A program made the position numbers and the translations under genes. Positions 43,291 through 54,263 of a stretch of 64,000 nt of DNA are shown here, piece by piece. A model generated the notes under the pieces. It saw only the letters and a program-made list of their open reading frames with translations, was not told where the DNA came from and ran no database searches. The DNA lies in assembly GCA_963675595.2 (NCBI GenBank), contig CAXXLZ010000002.1, positions 800,001 to 864,000 of the forward strand, written 5' to 3'. The stretch comes from Thermodesulfobacteriota bacterium. Lineage in GTDB: Bacteria; Desulfobacterota; Desulfarculia; JACQYL01. Numbering within the stretch: the first letter of the stretch is position 1; each line of letters opens with the position of its first letter.

Positions 43291-45285
43291 ATGTCGAAGG
43301 GAAAGAAGGGAAATGTTCGCAATGGCGCGAGTCTGCTCACGGACCATGACATCTATCTGTTCAAGGAAGGACGACACTTCCGGCTGTATGAAAAAATGGG
43401 GGCCCACCTCATGACCCATGAGGGGGATGAGGGAGCCCACTTCGCCGTATGGGCGCCCAATGCTTCGCGCGTGACGGTTATGGGAGATTTCAACGACTGG
43501 AATCCGTCCACCCATGAGTTGTTCTCACGTCCGGACAGCTCCGGTATATGGGAAGGATTCGTGCCGGGAATCCAGCCGGGAATCGGGTACAAGTATCACA
43601 TTGAATCAAGCGTGGACGGGTACATGGCGGACAAGACGGACCCTTTCGGAGTCCGAACCGAAGTGCCCCCCAATACGGCGTCCATTCTCTGGGAGTTGAG
43701 CTACGATTGGCTGGACCATGATTGGATGGCCGACAGGGAGCGCAAAAACGGGCTCGATAGTCCCATGTCCATCTACGAAATGCATCTGGGCTCCTGGCGT
43801 CGAGCACCGGGAGAGAATGGGGGGACATTCCTCACCTACAAGGACATCGCGGGTTTTCTGGTTGAGCACATGAAACGCACCGGGTTCACCCACGTGGAAT
43901 TCCTGCCTGTGATGGAGCACCCCTTTTACGGTTCATGGGGTTATCAGGTCACTTCCTATTTCGCGCCCACCGCGCGTTACGGACCGCCGGAAGAGCTCAT
44001 GTACCTCATTGACCTGCTTCACCAAAACGGCATCGGAGTCATCCTGGACTGGGTGCCTTCCCACTTCCCCACCGACGCCGGCGGACTGATCTACTTCGAC
44101 GGGACGCACCTGTACGAACATGCCGACCCGCGCCAGGGACACCAACCCGATTGGGACAGCGCCATTTTCAACTACGGACGCCACGAAGTACGTTCTTTCC
44201 TGATTTCCAGCGCCATGTACTGGCTGGATCGCTATCACGCCGACGGCCTGCGGGTGGACGCCGTGGCCTCCATGCTCTACCTGGACTATTCCAGAAAAGA
44301 AGACGAGTGGATACCCAACCGTTACGGAAGCAACGAGAACCTGGACGCCATAGAGTTCATCAGGTCCATGAACGTATCCTTGTACCAGGATTTCCCGCAC
44401 ACTCAGACCATGGCGGAGGAATCCACGGCTTGGCCCATGGTTTCCAAACCGACCTATTTAGGCGGACTTGGTTTCGGCATGAAGTGGGACATGGGATGGA
44501 TGCACGATACGCTGGCCTACATGTCCCAGGATCCAATTCACCGGAAATATCACCACAACCAGCTGACTTTCAGCATCATGTACACCTTTTCGGAAAATTT
44601 CGTCCTACCCCTGTCCCATGACGAAGTGGTCCACGGAAAAGGGGCCCTCATCGGCAAGATGCCCGGTGACGAATGGAAAAGATTCGCCAATCTGCGCCTA
44701 CTCTACGGTTACATGTGGTCCCATCCGGGCAAAAAGCTGCTCTTCATGGGGGGAGAATTCGGTCAGACCAACGAATGGTATCATGAAACCAGCCTGGATT
44801 GGCACCTGCTGGAATATGAGCCGCATCGCGGCATGCTCCGATGGATGGAAGATCTGAACCGATTTTACGTTTCCAACCCGCCCCTGTACGAAAACGACTT
44901 CCATCCCGACGGGTTCCGGTGGATCGACTGCAATGATTCGGACTCCAGTGTCATCAGCTTCCTTCGAATCGGAAAGGACCCGAACGATATGATCCTCGCG
45001 GTGTTGAACTTTACCCCCCTACCGCGCGCCAATTATCGGATCGGAGTTCCCGGTCCGGGGTTTTGGAGGGAAGTACTCAACAGCGACGCCGACGAATACT
45101 GGGGATCCGGCTGGGGTAACTTCGGCGGCCTGGAAACCTCACCCGTACCCAGCCACGGGTACTACTATTCCATTTCACTGAACGCCCCTCCCTTGGGCGC
45201 CGTGTTCTTCAGGATGGAGGGCCCGTCGACGGGAACCGACTCCGCCGAGCAACCGGAGGGAGAAACCGCCGGGCCCGAAAAATAA
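43291..45285 (+). CDS. glgB: 1,4-alpha-glucan branching enzyme
   Basis: FAVWAPNA, YEMHLGSW, SWGYQ, DWVPSHFP, RVDAVASMLYLDYSR, AEEST, LSHDEVVHGK. Confidence 0.97.
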   Translation: MSKGKKGNVRNGASLLTDHDIYLFKEGRHFRLYEKMGAHLMTHEGDEGAHFAVWAPNASRVTVMGDFNDWNPSTHELFSRPDSSGIWEGFVPGIQPGIGYKYHIESSVDGYMADKTDPFGVRTEVPPNTASILWELSYDWLDHDWMADRERKNGLDSPMSIYEMHLGSWRRAPGENGGTFLTYKDIAGFLVEHMKRTGFTHVEFLPVMEHPFYGSWGYQVTSYFAPTARYGPPEELMYLIDLLHQNGIGVILDWVPSHFPTDAGGLIYFDGTHLYEHADPRQGHQPDWDSAIFNYGRHEVRSFLISSAMYWLDRYHADGLRVDAVASMLYLDYSRKEDEWIPNRYGSNENLDAIEFIRSMNVSLYQDFPHTQTMAEESTAWPMVSKPTYLGGLGFGMKWDMGWMHDTLAYMSQDPIHRKYHHNQLTFSIMYTFSENFVLPLSHDEVVHGKGALIGKMPGDEWKRFANLRLLYGYMWSHPGKKLLFMGGEFGQTNEWYHETSLDWHLLEYEPHRGMLRWMEDLNRFYVSNPPLYENDFHPDGFRWIDCNDSDSSVISFLRIGKDPNDMILAVLNFTPLPRANYRIGVPGPGFWREVLNSDADEYWGSGWGNFGGLETSPVPSHGYYYSISLNAPPLGAVFFRMEGPSTGTDSAEQPEGETAGPEK

Positions 45286-45617
45286 CTAGCGGGCCGAAGA
45301 ACCGAATCGGAGACTCCGCCTTTATGGGAGTCTCACCAACCCCTTTTCTGGAAGAATGCTTCTTGCGCCCGTTGAGACGTGTCGCGAGACCCGGCCCCCT
45401 GCGACACGGGCGCGCAAACCGCCGGAAGCGTCTCCCCTCCCCCGCTCAGACTGAAGGCCCATGGAAGATGTGGAGGGATGACGCCGCACGGCCCTCCTTC
45501 CCGGCTGCCGAAAGTTCGGTTCCCAGACCAACACGGGCGCTTCCGGCGCCCGAAGAAAGCGGAAGCCCTCGGGGCGGGTTCCGCTCCCACGATCTTTGGT
45601 GATCAAGAGGAACAAGC

Positions 45618-47483
45618 ATGAACCACCACTCCCTTTTTAAAGCCCTCGTCCCCCCGGGACCCAAGAAGATCGGGGAGGACGTTTTCGAGTTTACGGTGTG
45701 GTCGCCCAGCACGAACCGCGTGGACCTGGAACTACTGGAGCCCTCCAGAGACCTTTGCTCCATGCAGCGCGATGCGCGGGGCTATTGGCGCACCACCAAA
45801 AACAACGTACGGCACGGTTCCAGGTATCGCTTTCTGTTGGACGGAAGCATTTCCCGACCCGATCCGGCCTCGAATCAGCAGCCCGAGGGGGTGCATGGGC
45901 CGTCCGCGCTGGTCGATCACGACCGCTTTGTTTGGGAAAATGAGGAATTCCACCCTGTTCCCTGGCGTGAGACCATCCTGTACGAAATCCACGTCGGCAC
46001 CTTCACTCCGGAAGGAACTTTCGACGCGGCCGCGGAGAGGCTGGACCATCTGGTCCGACTAGGTGTCACCGCAGTGGAAGTCATGCCCGTGGCCCGGTTT
46101 CCGGGAAACCGCAACTGGGGATACGACGGCGTCTATCCATTCGCCGTGCAGGATTCCTATGGAGGGCCGGAAGGTTTCAAACGCTTTGTGAGCCGGTGCC
46201 ACCACAAGGGACTCTCTGTTTTTCTGGACGTGGTTTACAACCACTTGGGTCCTGAGGGGAACTATTTCAGAGACTTCGGACCCTATTTCTCGTCGGACTA
46301 TGCCACACCGTGGGGAGAAGCGGTGAATTTCGACGGTCCCCACAGCGACGAAGTCAGAAATTTCTTCCTCTGCAACGCTCTTCACTGGTTCGACCGCTAT
46401 CACGTGGACGGGCTGCGCCTGGACGCCACCCACGCCATCCTGGACCGACGGCCGGTTCATTTCTTGCGGGAACTCGCCCTGATTACCCGCGAGTACGAAC
46501 GCAGAACCGGCCGAAAACGATTCCTGGTGGCTGAGACCAATCTCAATGATCCGGCTTTGGCAATGCCCCATGAGATTGGAGGCAAGGGCCTGGATGCGTT
46601 ATGGAACGACGACTTTCATCATGCCGTACACACGCGACTTACCGGTGAGCGGTCCGGTTACTACGAAGACTACGGAGATCTCGAGTTCTTGTCCCGGTCT
46701 CTGAGCCAAGGGTTCGCCTACCAGGGAGAGTTTTCCCGGTTCCGCCAAAGATCGCACGGTGCTCAGGGCGACGGGTTGCCCGCCAGCGCTTTCGTCAACG
46801 CCCTCCAAACGCATGACCAGGTGGGCAATCGAGTCTTCGGCGAACGGCTGTCTTCCCTGACTTCGCTGGAAGGCCTCAAGCTGGGTGCGGCCCTGCTCCT
46901 TCTGGCGCCTTATGTTCCCCTCCTGTTCATGGGCGAAGAATACGGGGAGACCCGGCCCTTTCTCTATTTCGTAAGCCACGGAGACCCGGAGCTCGTGGAG
47001 GCGGTGCGCAGGGGCCGCAGGGAGGAATTCAAGGAGTTCCGTTGGTCCCAAGAGCCTCCCGATCCTCAGGCTCCGGACACCTTCGAGAGATGCGTTCTCG
47101 ATTGGGAAAGCAGAGATTCGGGAGATCACGGCCGTTTGTTGAACTTCTATCGGAAGCTGATCGGATTGCGAAAACGGCACCCCGCTCTCGCGGGGAGCGA
47201 GGATAAACCCTTCCGTGTATGGACACTCCCCGGTGACGATGTCCTGGCCATGGAACGACGGTCCGGCAGGTACGGTGTGCTCTGTATTTTCAGCTTTTCC
47301 GCCGTGAATCAGGAGATCGAGCGTAGGTTGTTTATTGCGAAACGGAAGTGGGATATGATTTTGAACTCCGCGGACTTGGAGTGGGGAGGCCCCGGGGGCG
47401 TTACACCCTGCGAGAATACGGACCGAATAACACTGCCGGCCCTCGGTGTGATCGTGTTCTCAAGTGAGGAGGAGCGGAGATGA
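45618..47483 (+). CDS. treZ: Malto-oligosyltrehalose trehalohydrolase
   Basis: PDPAS.QPEGVHGPS, YEIHVGTFT, RNWGYDGV, YNHLGPEGNY, RLDATHAI, HDQVGNR. Confidence 0.95.
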   Translation: MNHHSLFKALVPPGPKKIGEDVFEFTVWSPSTNRVDLELLEPSRDLCSMQRDARGYWRTTKNNVRHGSRYRFLLDGSISRPDPASNQQPEGVHGPSALVDHDRFVWENEEFHPVPWRETILYEIHVGTFTPEGTFDAAAERLDHLVRLGVTAVEVMPVARFPGNRNWGYDGVYPFAVQDSYGGPEGFKRFVSRCHHKGLSVFLDVVYNHLGPEGNYFRDFGPYFSSDYATPWGEAVNFDGPHSDEVRNFFLCNALHWFDRYHVDGLRLDATHAILDRRPVHFLRELALITREYERRTGRKRFLVAETNLNDPALAMPHEIGGKGLDALWNDDFHHAVHTRLTGERSGYYEDYGDLEFLSRSLSQGFAYQGEFSRFRQRSHGAQGDGLPASAFVNALQTHDQVGNRVFGERLSSLTSLEGLKLGAALLLLAPYVPLLFMGEEYGETRPFLYFVSHGDPELVEAVRRGRREEFKEFRWSQEPPDPQAPDTFERCVLDWESRDSGDHGRLLNFYRKLIGLRKRHPALAGSEDKPFRVWTLPGDDVLAMERRSGRYGVLCIFSFSAVNQEIERRLFIAKRKWDMILNSADLEWGGPGGVTPCENTDRITLPALGVIVFSSEEERR

Positions 47484-49906
47484 AACGCTATATTTGTATT
47501 CACGGACACTTTTACCAACCGCCCAGGGAAAATCCGTGGTTGGAAGAGGTGGAACTCCAGGATTCGGCCGCGCCGTTTCACGACTGGAACGAGCGCATCG
47601 CCGCGGAATGCTACGGACCCAACGCAGCCTCCCGGATATTGGACTCCGAAGGTAGGATCATCGACATCGTCAACAACTATTCCCGCATCAGTTTTAATTT
47701 CGGACCCACCCTGCTGTCCTGGATGCAACGAAAGCAGCCTGAAATTCACCGAGAAATCGTTGAAGCCGATCGATTGAGCATGGAACGGTACTCGGGACAC
47801 GGTTCGGCTCTCGCTCAGGTCTACAACCATATGATTACTCCCCTGGCTAGTCGGAGGGACAAATCCACACAGATTCTTTGGGGCATTGAAGACTTCAAGA
47901 GTCGTTTCGGACGCGACCCGGAAGGCATGTGGCTGCCGGAAACCGCCGTGGACCTTGAAACCTTGGATATCCTCGCCGGAGCCGGGATACGGTTCGTCAT
48001 TTTGGCTCCGCGGCAGGCCCACAAGGTCAGGAACATGGAAAGCAACGAACCTTGGCGGGACGTTTCCAACGGTCGCATAGACCCCACCACGGCCTATCTT
48101 TGCAGACTTCCCTCGGGTGGAAGCATCAACCTGTTCTTCTACGACGGACCCATATCTCAAGACTTGGCATTCGGGGAGTTACTGAAGAACGGCTCCTTTT
48201 TTAAAAATCGCCTCATGGCCGCCTTCTCGGACAACGACAGGCATTGGCCCCAATTGGTACACGTGGCCGTGGACGGGGAGACTTTCGGGCATCATCATCT
48301 GCAAGGTGAGATGGCGCTGTCCTACTGTCTGCATTTGGCCGAGGAAGACCCCTCCGTGGCTCTTACAAATTACGGAGAGTACCTGGAAAGACACCCTCCG
48401 GTTTTCGAAGTGGAGATCTTCGAAAACTCTTCTTGGAGCTGCATCCATGGACTGGAACGATGGCGTACCGACTGCGGCTGCAACTCGGGCGGCCACCCCG
48501 GCTGGAAGCAGGACTGGAGGGAACCCCTGCGCAACGCCATGAATTGGCTGCGAGACCGGGCCGCTCAGGTATTCGAGGAGTTAGGCCCACGTTACTACAA
48601 AAACCACTGGCACGCCCGAGATCGGTACATCGAACTGATCCTGGATCGTTCCTATGAAAACGTAAACCGCTTTCTCGGGGAACACGCCTCGGGAGCATCC
48701 AGTCCCGAAGACGTTGTCAACGCCTTGAAGCTCTTGGAAATGCAGCGGTTCGCACAATACATCTTCACCAGTTGCGGATGGTTCTTCGACGAAATCTCGG
48801 GGATCGAAACGGTTCAGATCATACAGTACGCCGTTCGAACCATTCAGCTTGCCGAAGAATTAAGTGGGCAATTCTTCGAAGAGGAGTTCATCCGACTGCT
48901 CAAAAGGGCTCCAAGCAACGTCCTCGGCGACGGTGGTCAGGTCTATGAAGAATACGCCAAGCCCGCCAAAGTGGATATGCTCCGTGTGGGCGCGCACTTC
49001 GCCATGTCCTCGGTGTTCCACGAAAGCATGGACGCCGAGGAATTCTCCTGCTTCTCCGTTTCCGCCGACACCTACAACCGTCTCGAAGCCGGGCGTTCCC
49101 GGCTCGTTACGGGAAAAGGCCGCCTCACCTCCAACATCACACGGGCTTTCATCAACTTTCAATTCGCCGTGCTGTGGCCGGGAGACCATAACTTGACCTG
49201 CGGCCTGAACTACCTGCACTCTTTTGAAAACTATCGGAAGATGGAGGGGGACTTGCAGGCCGTGTTCAATCGAGGCGATTTGGCGGAAGGAATCCGCCTC
49301 ATGGACAGCTATTTCAACAAGAGCACCTTTTCCATATGGCACTTGTTCAAGGATGAACAGAGAAAGGTGGTCCACGCGTTGCTCGAACCCTCCTACCAGG
49401 CCGCCGAAGCCTCCTACCGCCAGATATTGGCGTCCAATTACACCGTGCTCAACTTCCTTCAGTGGCTGCACATTCCGGCCCCGAACCTGTTCCGAGACGC
49501 GGCGCAATACGTGGTGAATACCGACATTCAGCGCCTTTTCTCGGAAGACGAACTGGACGAGGAACGGCTTGAGATTCTCGCCGAGGATGCCAAGCGATGG
49601 AGCCTCAGATTGGACGACCGGACACTGCGCTTCATCGCTGCGGAATGGATCAGCAGGAAAATGGGAAATTTGGAGGAAACCCCGGAACAAACGCAACTGC
49701 TCAAGGAAATCAGGAACGTCTTGGGTCAAATCCAGAATCTGTCTCTGGGTCTCCACCTTTGGAAGGCCGAAAACGTCTATTTCCGAATGGCCTGCGGCAT
49801 GTTCCAGCAGATGAAGGAGAGGGCCGCTTCCGGCGATCCGGCCGCCATGGATTGGGTGGAACACTTCACGGTGTTGGGAGAACTCCTCAAGATCAACGTG
49901 ACCTGA
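47480..49906 (+). CDS. GH57 family / DUF3536 glycoside hydrolase
   Basis: IHGHFYQPPRENPW, SFNFGPTL, GMWLPETAVD, DGETFGHH, TSCGWFFDEISG. Confidence 0.92.
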   Translation: MKRYICIHGHFYQPPRENPWLEEVELQDSAAPFHDWNERIAAECYGPNAASRILDSEGRIIDIVNNYSRISFNFGPTLLSWMQRKQPEIHREIVEADRLSMERYSGHGSALAQVYNHMITPLASRRDKSTQILWGIEDFKSRFGRDPEGMWLPETAVDLETLDILAGAGIRFVILAPRQAHKVRNMESNEPWRDVSNGRIDPTTAYLCRLPSGGSINLFFYDGPISQDLAFGELLKNGSFFKNRLMAAFSDNDRHWPQLVHVAVDGETFGHHHLQGEMALSYCLHLAEEDPSVALTNYGEYLERHPPVFEVEIFENSSWSCIHGLERWRTDCGCNSGGHPGWKQDWREPLRNAMNWLRDRAAQVFEELGPRYYKNHWHARDRYIELILDRSYENVNRFLGEHASGASSPEDVVNALKLLEMQRFAQYIFTSCGWFFDEISGIETVQIIQYAVRTIQLAEELSGQFFEEEFIRLLKRAPSNVLGDGGQVYEEYAKPAKVDMLRVGAHFAMSSVFHESMDAEEFSCFSVSADTYNRLEAGRSRLVTGKGRLTSNITRAFINFQFAVLWPGDHNLTCGLNYLHSFENYRKMEGDLQAVFNRGDLAEGIRLMDSYFNKSTFSIWHLFKDEQRKVVHALLEPSYQAAEASYRQILASNYTVLNFLQWLHIPAPNLFRDAAQYVVNTDIQRLFSEDELDEERLEILAEDAKRWSLRLDDRTLRFIAAEWISRKMGNLEETPEQTQLLKEIRNVLGQIQNLSLGLHLWKAENVYFRMACGMFQQMKERAASGDPAAMDWVEHFTVLGELLKINVT

Positions 49907-50121
49907 GGATCCGTGGACATGTGATCGTTATCGGTCTGTTGAGAACGAGTTCGGTCCGCCGGCGGGGATTGAACTTCATCCTTATACCGGCGCACCCTAT
50001 GTGCCGACCGTTCCGCAGGACTTACGCCCTTGGCGCGTCGTTCATCTTCTCAGGCTCCCGTCGCCCGCGCTCTAACGCGCAGTGCGCCGGGGGCATCCGA
50101 CACCCCATTTCCCCGCCTACT

Positions 50122-51369
50122 TCAGTCCTCCGAAGCCCTTGCCTCACGGTGAGCCCGAATCACCCGCTCGTAGAACGCCAAAGTCTTGCCCGCAATCGCC
50201 GTCCAACTGAAGTGCTCTTCCGCTCGACGGCGTGCCCGCCGTCCCATGGCGGCCCGCTTCTCCGGATTTGAAAGCATGGAGTCCACGGCTGATGCCAGAT
50301 CACCGGCGAAGGCCTCAGGGTTCACCGGTTCCGGATTGTCGGGACCCACGGCTTCGAAGTGCACCAGCCGGCCCGTCTCTCCCTCTACCACCACCTCCGG
50401 AATCCCTCCCACCGCGGAGGCCGCCACAGGGGTTCCGCATGCCATGGCTTCCAGGTTGATGATGCCGAAGGGCTCATAAACCGAAGGGCAGACGAAGACC
50501 GACGCGTGTGTGTAAAGAACGACCAGGTCGTCCACGGGGACGTTCTCCTCAATCCAAACCACCCGGTCGCCTCGGACAGCGGAGACCTCCTCCTCCTTGG
50601 AGGAAACCTCTCCCAAGATTTCTTTCGTGTCCGGCGCGCCGGCGCACAAGACCACCTGTACGTCGGACTTCAGCAGTTTGGCGGCGTTGAGGAAGTGAAG
50701 AATGCCCTTCTGGCGGGTAATGCGGGTCACCAGGAGAATAAAGGGCCTCTTAGGGTCCACGCCATAACGCTCGAGCACTTCCGGGTCTCGGCGGGGACGA
50801 TAGCGGTTGCAGTCGATGCCGTTATGGATCACGTCGATGCGTTCGGAAGGAACCCCATATAGTTGCCGCACGTCCTCCCGCATCTTCTTGGACACCGCCA
50901 CGACCCCGTCGGCGTTTTCATACGCGGTCCGTTCCAGCCACGAGGAAACCTCGTAGCCCGAACCGAGTTGCTCGCGTTTCCACGGACGATGAGGCTCCAG
51001 CGAATGGGTGGTCAAGATCAACGGAATACCGTGCATACGACGTGCCAGACAACCGGTCAGATGCGTATACCAGGTATGGCAGTGGACTATGTCGGCCTGC
51101 TGCAAGGCACCCAGCATCAGAGTGTCCGTCAACAGGGTATCCAGCACGGCGCAATGCCTTGGGTCTTGAACGCGGTAGTCCAGGTCCGCCTGCACCCCGT
51201 GCACGTTCCGGGAGGAATCCACCCCGTTTTGCTCCCCGAAGCAGTAGACATCCACCTGATGTGCTTTCGGCGCCAAAGCCGCCAGCTCCCGCGTGAGGAA
51301 ATCCACGTGAACTCCCGCACCGCCGTAGATGTGGGGAGGAAATTCCTTGGTCAGTATCGCAATTCGCAT
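50122..51369 (-). CDS. glgA: GT4 glucosyltransferase, GlgM-type glgA (maltose-1-phosphate synthase-like)
   Basis: LTKEFPPHIYGGAGVHV, HCHTWY, THSLEPHRPWKREQLG, RITRQKG, PSVYEPFGIINLEAMAC. Confidence 0.92.
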   Translation of the reverse strand: MRIAILTKEFPPHIYGGAGVHVDFLTRELAALAPKAHQVDVYCFGEQNGVDSSRNVHGVQADLDYRVQDPRHCAVLDTLLTDTLMLGALQQADIVHCHTWYTHLTGCLARRMHGIPLILTTHSLEPHRPWKREQLGSGYEVSSWLERTAYENADGVVAVSKKMREDVRQLYGVPSERIDVIHNGIDCNRYRPRRDPEVLERYGVDPKRPFILLVTRITRQKGILHFLNAAKLLKSDVQVVLCAGAPDTKEILGEVSSKEEEVSAVRGDRVVWIEENVPVDDLVVLYTHASVFVCPSVYEPFGIINLEAMACGTPVAASAVGGIPEVVVEGETGRLVHFEAVGPDNPEPVNPEAFAGDLASAVDSMLSNPEKRAAMGRRARRRAEEHFSWTAIAGKTLAFYERVIRAHREARASED

Positions 51370-51762
51370 GAACAATTCATCCTTATCAAAATCCGAGCAA
51401 AACTTCTCCGGCGGCGCCTTACACCTGAGCCGTCGACGGAATCTCTGAAAACGCCGGTTTGCACTCGCACCCAAAGTGATTGCAGGCAAAATTTGCAGGA
51501 TCCGTGCAGGTCGATTCACAGCCCGAATGATTCATATTCCATGAATACGGAAGACGCAACCCGATGGGCGGATTGTCTCCATTTCGTAAGAATCGAATCG
51601 GGATCGGTGACCGATGATAGATCGCACTCCGAGAAGGGACTTCCGGTGCGACAAAATTGCGCGGCGGATAGAAAAGTCTTGTGAGTCTCGGGGAGTCGGC
51701 GGAGGTTATGAGGAAGCCCGACCGGAGGCGGGCTTCCCCCCTTGGGTTAAGGCTCCGTTGTC

Positions 51763-52497
51763 TTAGGATTCCAGCTCCGCGCACACGGCGTAGCATTGGA
51801 CGGTAACCGTGCCGCCGGAAGACTCGTTCCGGTAGAAGGTAACCGACCAGGATTGCCCGCCTTCGGCTTGCTGGCTCAACTGGATGCTGGTGACGGCGAG
51901 ACCGGTGTTCCAACCGCCGCCGATGGCCGTATCTCCCGAGTTGCAGGAGGCCGTACAAATCTTCAATTGCACTTCGTTAAGGGAAATACTGTTGTTGGCG
52001 GTGTAAATATTCGCAATGCCCGGAGGGCCCTGTGGACCAACGGCACCTGTTGCGCCGTCCGCGCCGTCCGCGCCGTCCTCACCGGCCGGGCCCTGGGGAC
52101 CCTCAGCACCGGTGTCGCCCTTTTCGCCCTTGCCGAATCCCGTGAACGTTCGAACCAGGATGTAGTTGGTGGGGTCCGCGTCCGCGAGGTCCAAGGTGGC
52201 CGTGGCGTTATCCTCGTCGGCGAAATTCATCGTCAGGTGATGGCCCAATCCCCCGAGGTCGTCGGCGTCCACCACCCCTGATTCGAAGTCCGCGTCCAAA
52301 AAGGCCGCATACTGCACTCCGTCGGGTGAAAAGATGACGATAACCGAGTTGTCTTCGGTGTCATAGGATTGGACGTAGAAGTTGTCGTTGGGCCGTACCG
52401 GATCACCCTTCCAGATTCCGCTTTGCGCCGAACAGGTCCCCACCGCGAGCCCCATCACGACCCAACACAAGAGCAAACAAAACAGTCCCTTCTTCAT
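51763..52497 (-). CDS. Secreted collagen-like protein (GIWK..FLDAD domain + Gly-X-Y + Cys-containing head)
   Basis: RBS GGAGG, signal peptide, about 12 Gly-X-Y triplets, C-terminal CTASC..AIGGG..W..CYAVC. Confidence 0.85.
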   Translation of the reverse strand: MKKGLFCLLLCWVVMGLAVGTCSAQSGIWKGDPVRPNDNFYVQSYDTEDNSVIVIFSPDGVQYAAFLDADFESGVVDADDLGGLGHHLTMNFADEDNATATLDLADADPTNYILVRTFTGFGKGEKGDTGAEGPQGPAGEDGADGADGATGAVGPQGPPGIANIYTANNSISLNEVQLKICTASCNSGDTAIGGGWNTGLAVTSIQLSQQAEGGQSWSVTFYRNESSGGTVTVQCYAVCAELES

Positions 52498-53367
52498 GTC
52501 GTCCTCCATTGCTTGAAGTTCTTTTCCATATGCCTATGGGCAACTCTCCCAAAGAAGAACTCACACAGCTCACCTGCATCCCTGAAATGGGACTGTGAAG
52601 AGCCGACGATTGCTGTTCGGATACCGAAGTCGATGATCAACAAAGGGAAGTGGCATGAAACCGTATTTACAAATCTTATGATATCCTGGATTCTCTGTCC
52701 AGGGAAATCAATAGGTGGTAGGACTACTTTTGCCGATACGGAACATGTTCATGAGCTAGATAGGACTGAGTGGGCATCTTCTCGATTCTGTAATGCACGA
52801 CGAACAACTCCGACATAAAACCCGTCAGCCGATTTCTCGGAAGAAGTAGTGTCTGGTCGAAAAAACGAGTCCGATCAAGGGAACACACGCTCCAACCCCA
52901 TAAGACATTTCGTTGATTGAGCACCGACCATCGATTTCAACCCAAGGGGAAAACTCAGCCCTACGCAGCCGCCGCTCTCTCATATGATTTTGAACTAATA
53001 TTATTAAGCTATAATATTGTATTTATACTATTACGTTTAGCCGCGCAGGTTGCCCGCTCCGCGTATTTGATCGGGTCTGTCCCGGTTCCATGAAGCACCG
53101 GGAGAGCCGCCGGAGGAGGCGGTAGTCCCACGAGTAGAAGCCCTCCTTTAAGCTTGATGCCGACGCGTATATTGGAAACGGCGTCCAGCGTCCTCTCGAC
53201 AAAGTTTCTTTCGACACGGCCGTCCTTCAAGGATTCGACGGCATCCCTGCAAATGAACGGAGTCCGGCTGCAAAGTCTCATTTCATTGGATCCCGACACG
53301 ACGACCCATTTGCCGCATCCATGCGCCACAAAAAGCGTCTTCCGAGAACTTGGGCAAGGCGTCCCCG

Positions 53368-54054
53368 CTATCCCCCGACGAGCGTCAAAGGACTCGTCGG
53401 ACTGGACCGAACACCCTCCAAGAGTCCTCCGGCTTCCCCGCGAATGGAGAAGAACACGGACGCTACCTCCGGGTCGAACTGCGTTCCCGCGCAGCGTGCG
53501 ATTTCCCGACACGCGTCTTCAAAATCCATCCCCTTCCGATAGGTGCGCTGTTGCAGCATGGCTGAAAGGCTGTCGGCAAGGGCAATGATACGCGCCCCCA
53601 GAGGAATGTGTTCCCCTGACAGGTTGCGTGGATATCCCCGCCCATCGAATCTTTCGTGATGACATAGCACCAGTTCCGGGATGCCCATGCGCGCCATGGC
53701 TCGCACCGGAGACAAAATCGCGGCCCCGGTGACCGGATGCTTCCTGACCAGACACCATTCCTCTTCGCTCAATGCCCCTGCTTTGGTCAGCACGCAGTCC
53801 GGCACGCCGATTTTCCCGATATCGTGTAGGTGACCGGCGATGTGAATCACGTGGCACATTTCCGAAGAAAGCCCATAGGCGGAGGCCACGGCTTGAGCGA
53901 TGACCGCCGTTTCATCGGAATGGTTCTTGGTGAAGGGGTCTTTGGCATCGATGGCTCGTCCGAAGGATTCGGACATTTCGTGCACGATTCTCGATACCCG
54001 TGGGCAATGTGGATCGTCCAAGGTCTCGGAAATTTGTACGGGTATACTAACCAT
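53368..54054 (-). CDS. Stand-alone HD-GYP domain protein (putative cyclic dinucleotide phosphodiesterase)
   Basis: AIDAKDPFTKNHS, LHDIGKIG, HHERFDGRGYP, ARIIALAD, GTQFDP. Confidence 0.92.
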   Translation of the reverse strand: MVSIPVQISETLDDPHCPRVSRIVHEMSESFGRAIDAKDPFTKNHSDETAVIAQAVASAYGLSSEMCHVIHIAGHLHDIGKIGVPDCVLTKAGALSEEEWCLVRKHPVTGAAILSPVRAMARMGIPELVLCHHERFDGRGYPRNLSGEHIPLGARIIALADSLSAMLQQRTYRKGMDFEDACREIARCAGTQFDPEVASVFFSIRGEAGGLLEGVRSSPTSPLTLVGG

Positions 54055-54220
54055 GGTTCCTGTTTCGTTCCGTAGCCGGCCGATTATGAATCATCCTCCG
54101 GGTTATCCATCGAAGGAGCATACGCGCCTATTTCGGTCCGCCGAGCGCAAAAAAACCGCACCCCTCTCCCCCGCTCCGGGAATGCTTCCGTGCGACGCCC
54201 CCCTCTCATCGCATGCGGAG

Positions 54221-54263
54221 AAAAAAAGGCGCAACCCGGTCCCCAGGACTCGTGCTGCGCCTT
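54221..54263 (-). terminator. Terminator-like hairpin upstream of the HD-GYP gene
   Basis: Minus strand GGCGCAGC...GTTGCGCC-TTTTTTT. Confidence 0.6.

Noticed and set aside
53009-53360. Possible gene remnant downstream of HD-GYP
   Set aside because: No frame gives a recognisable protein or a good RBS
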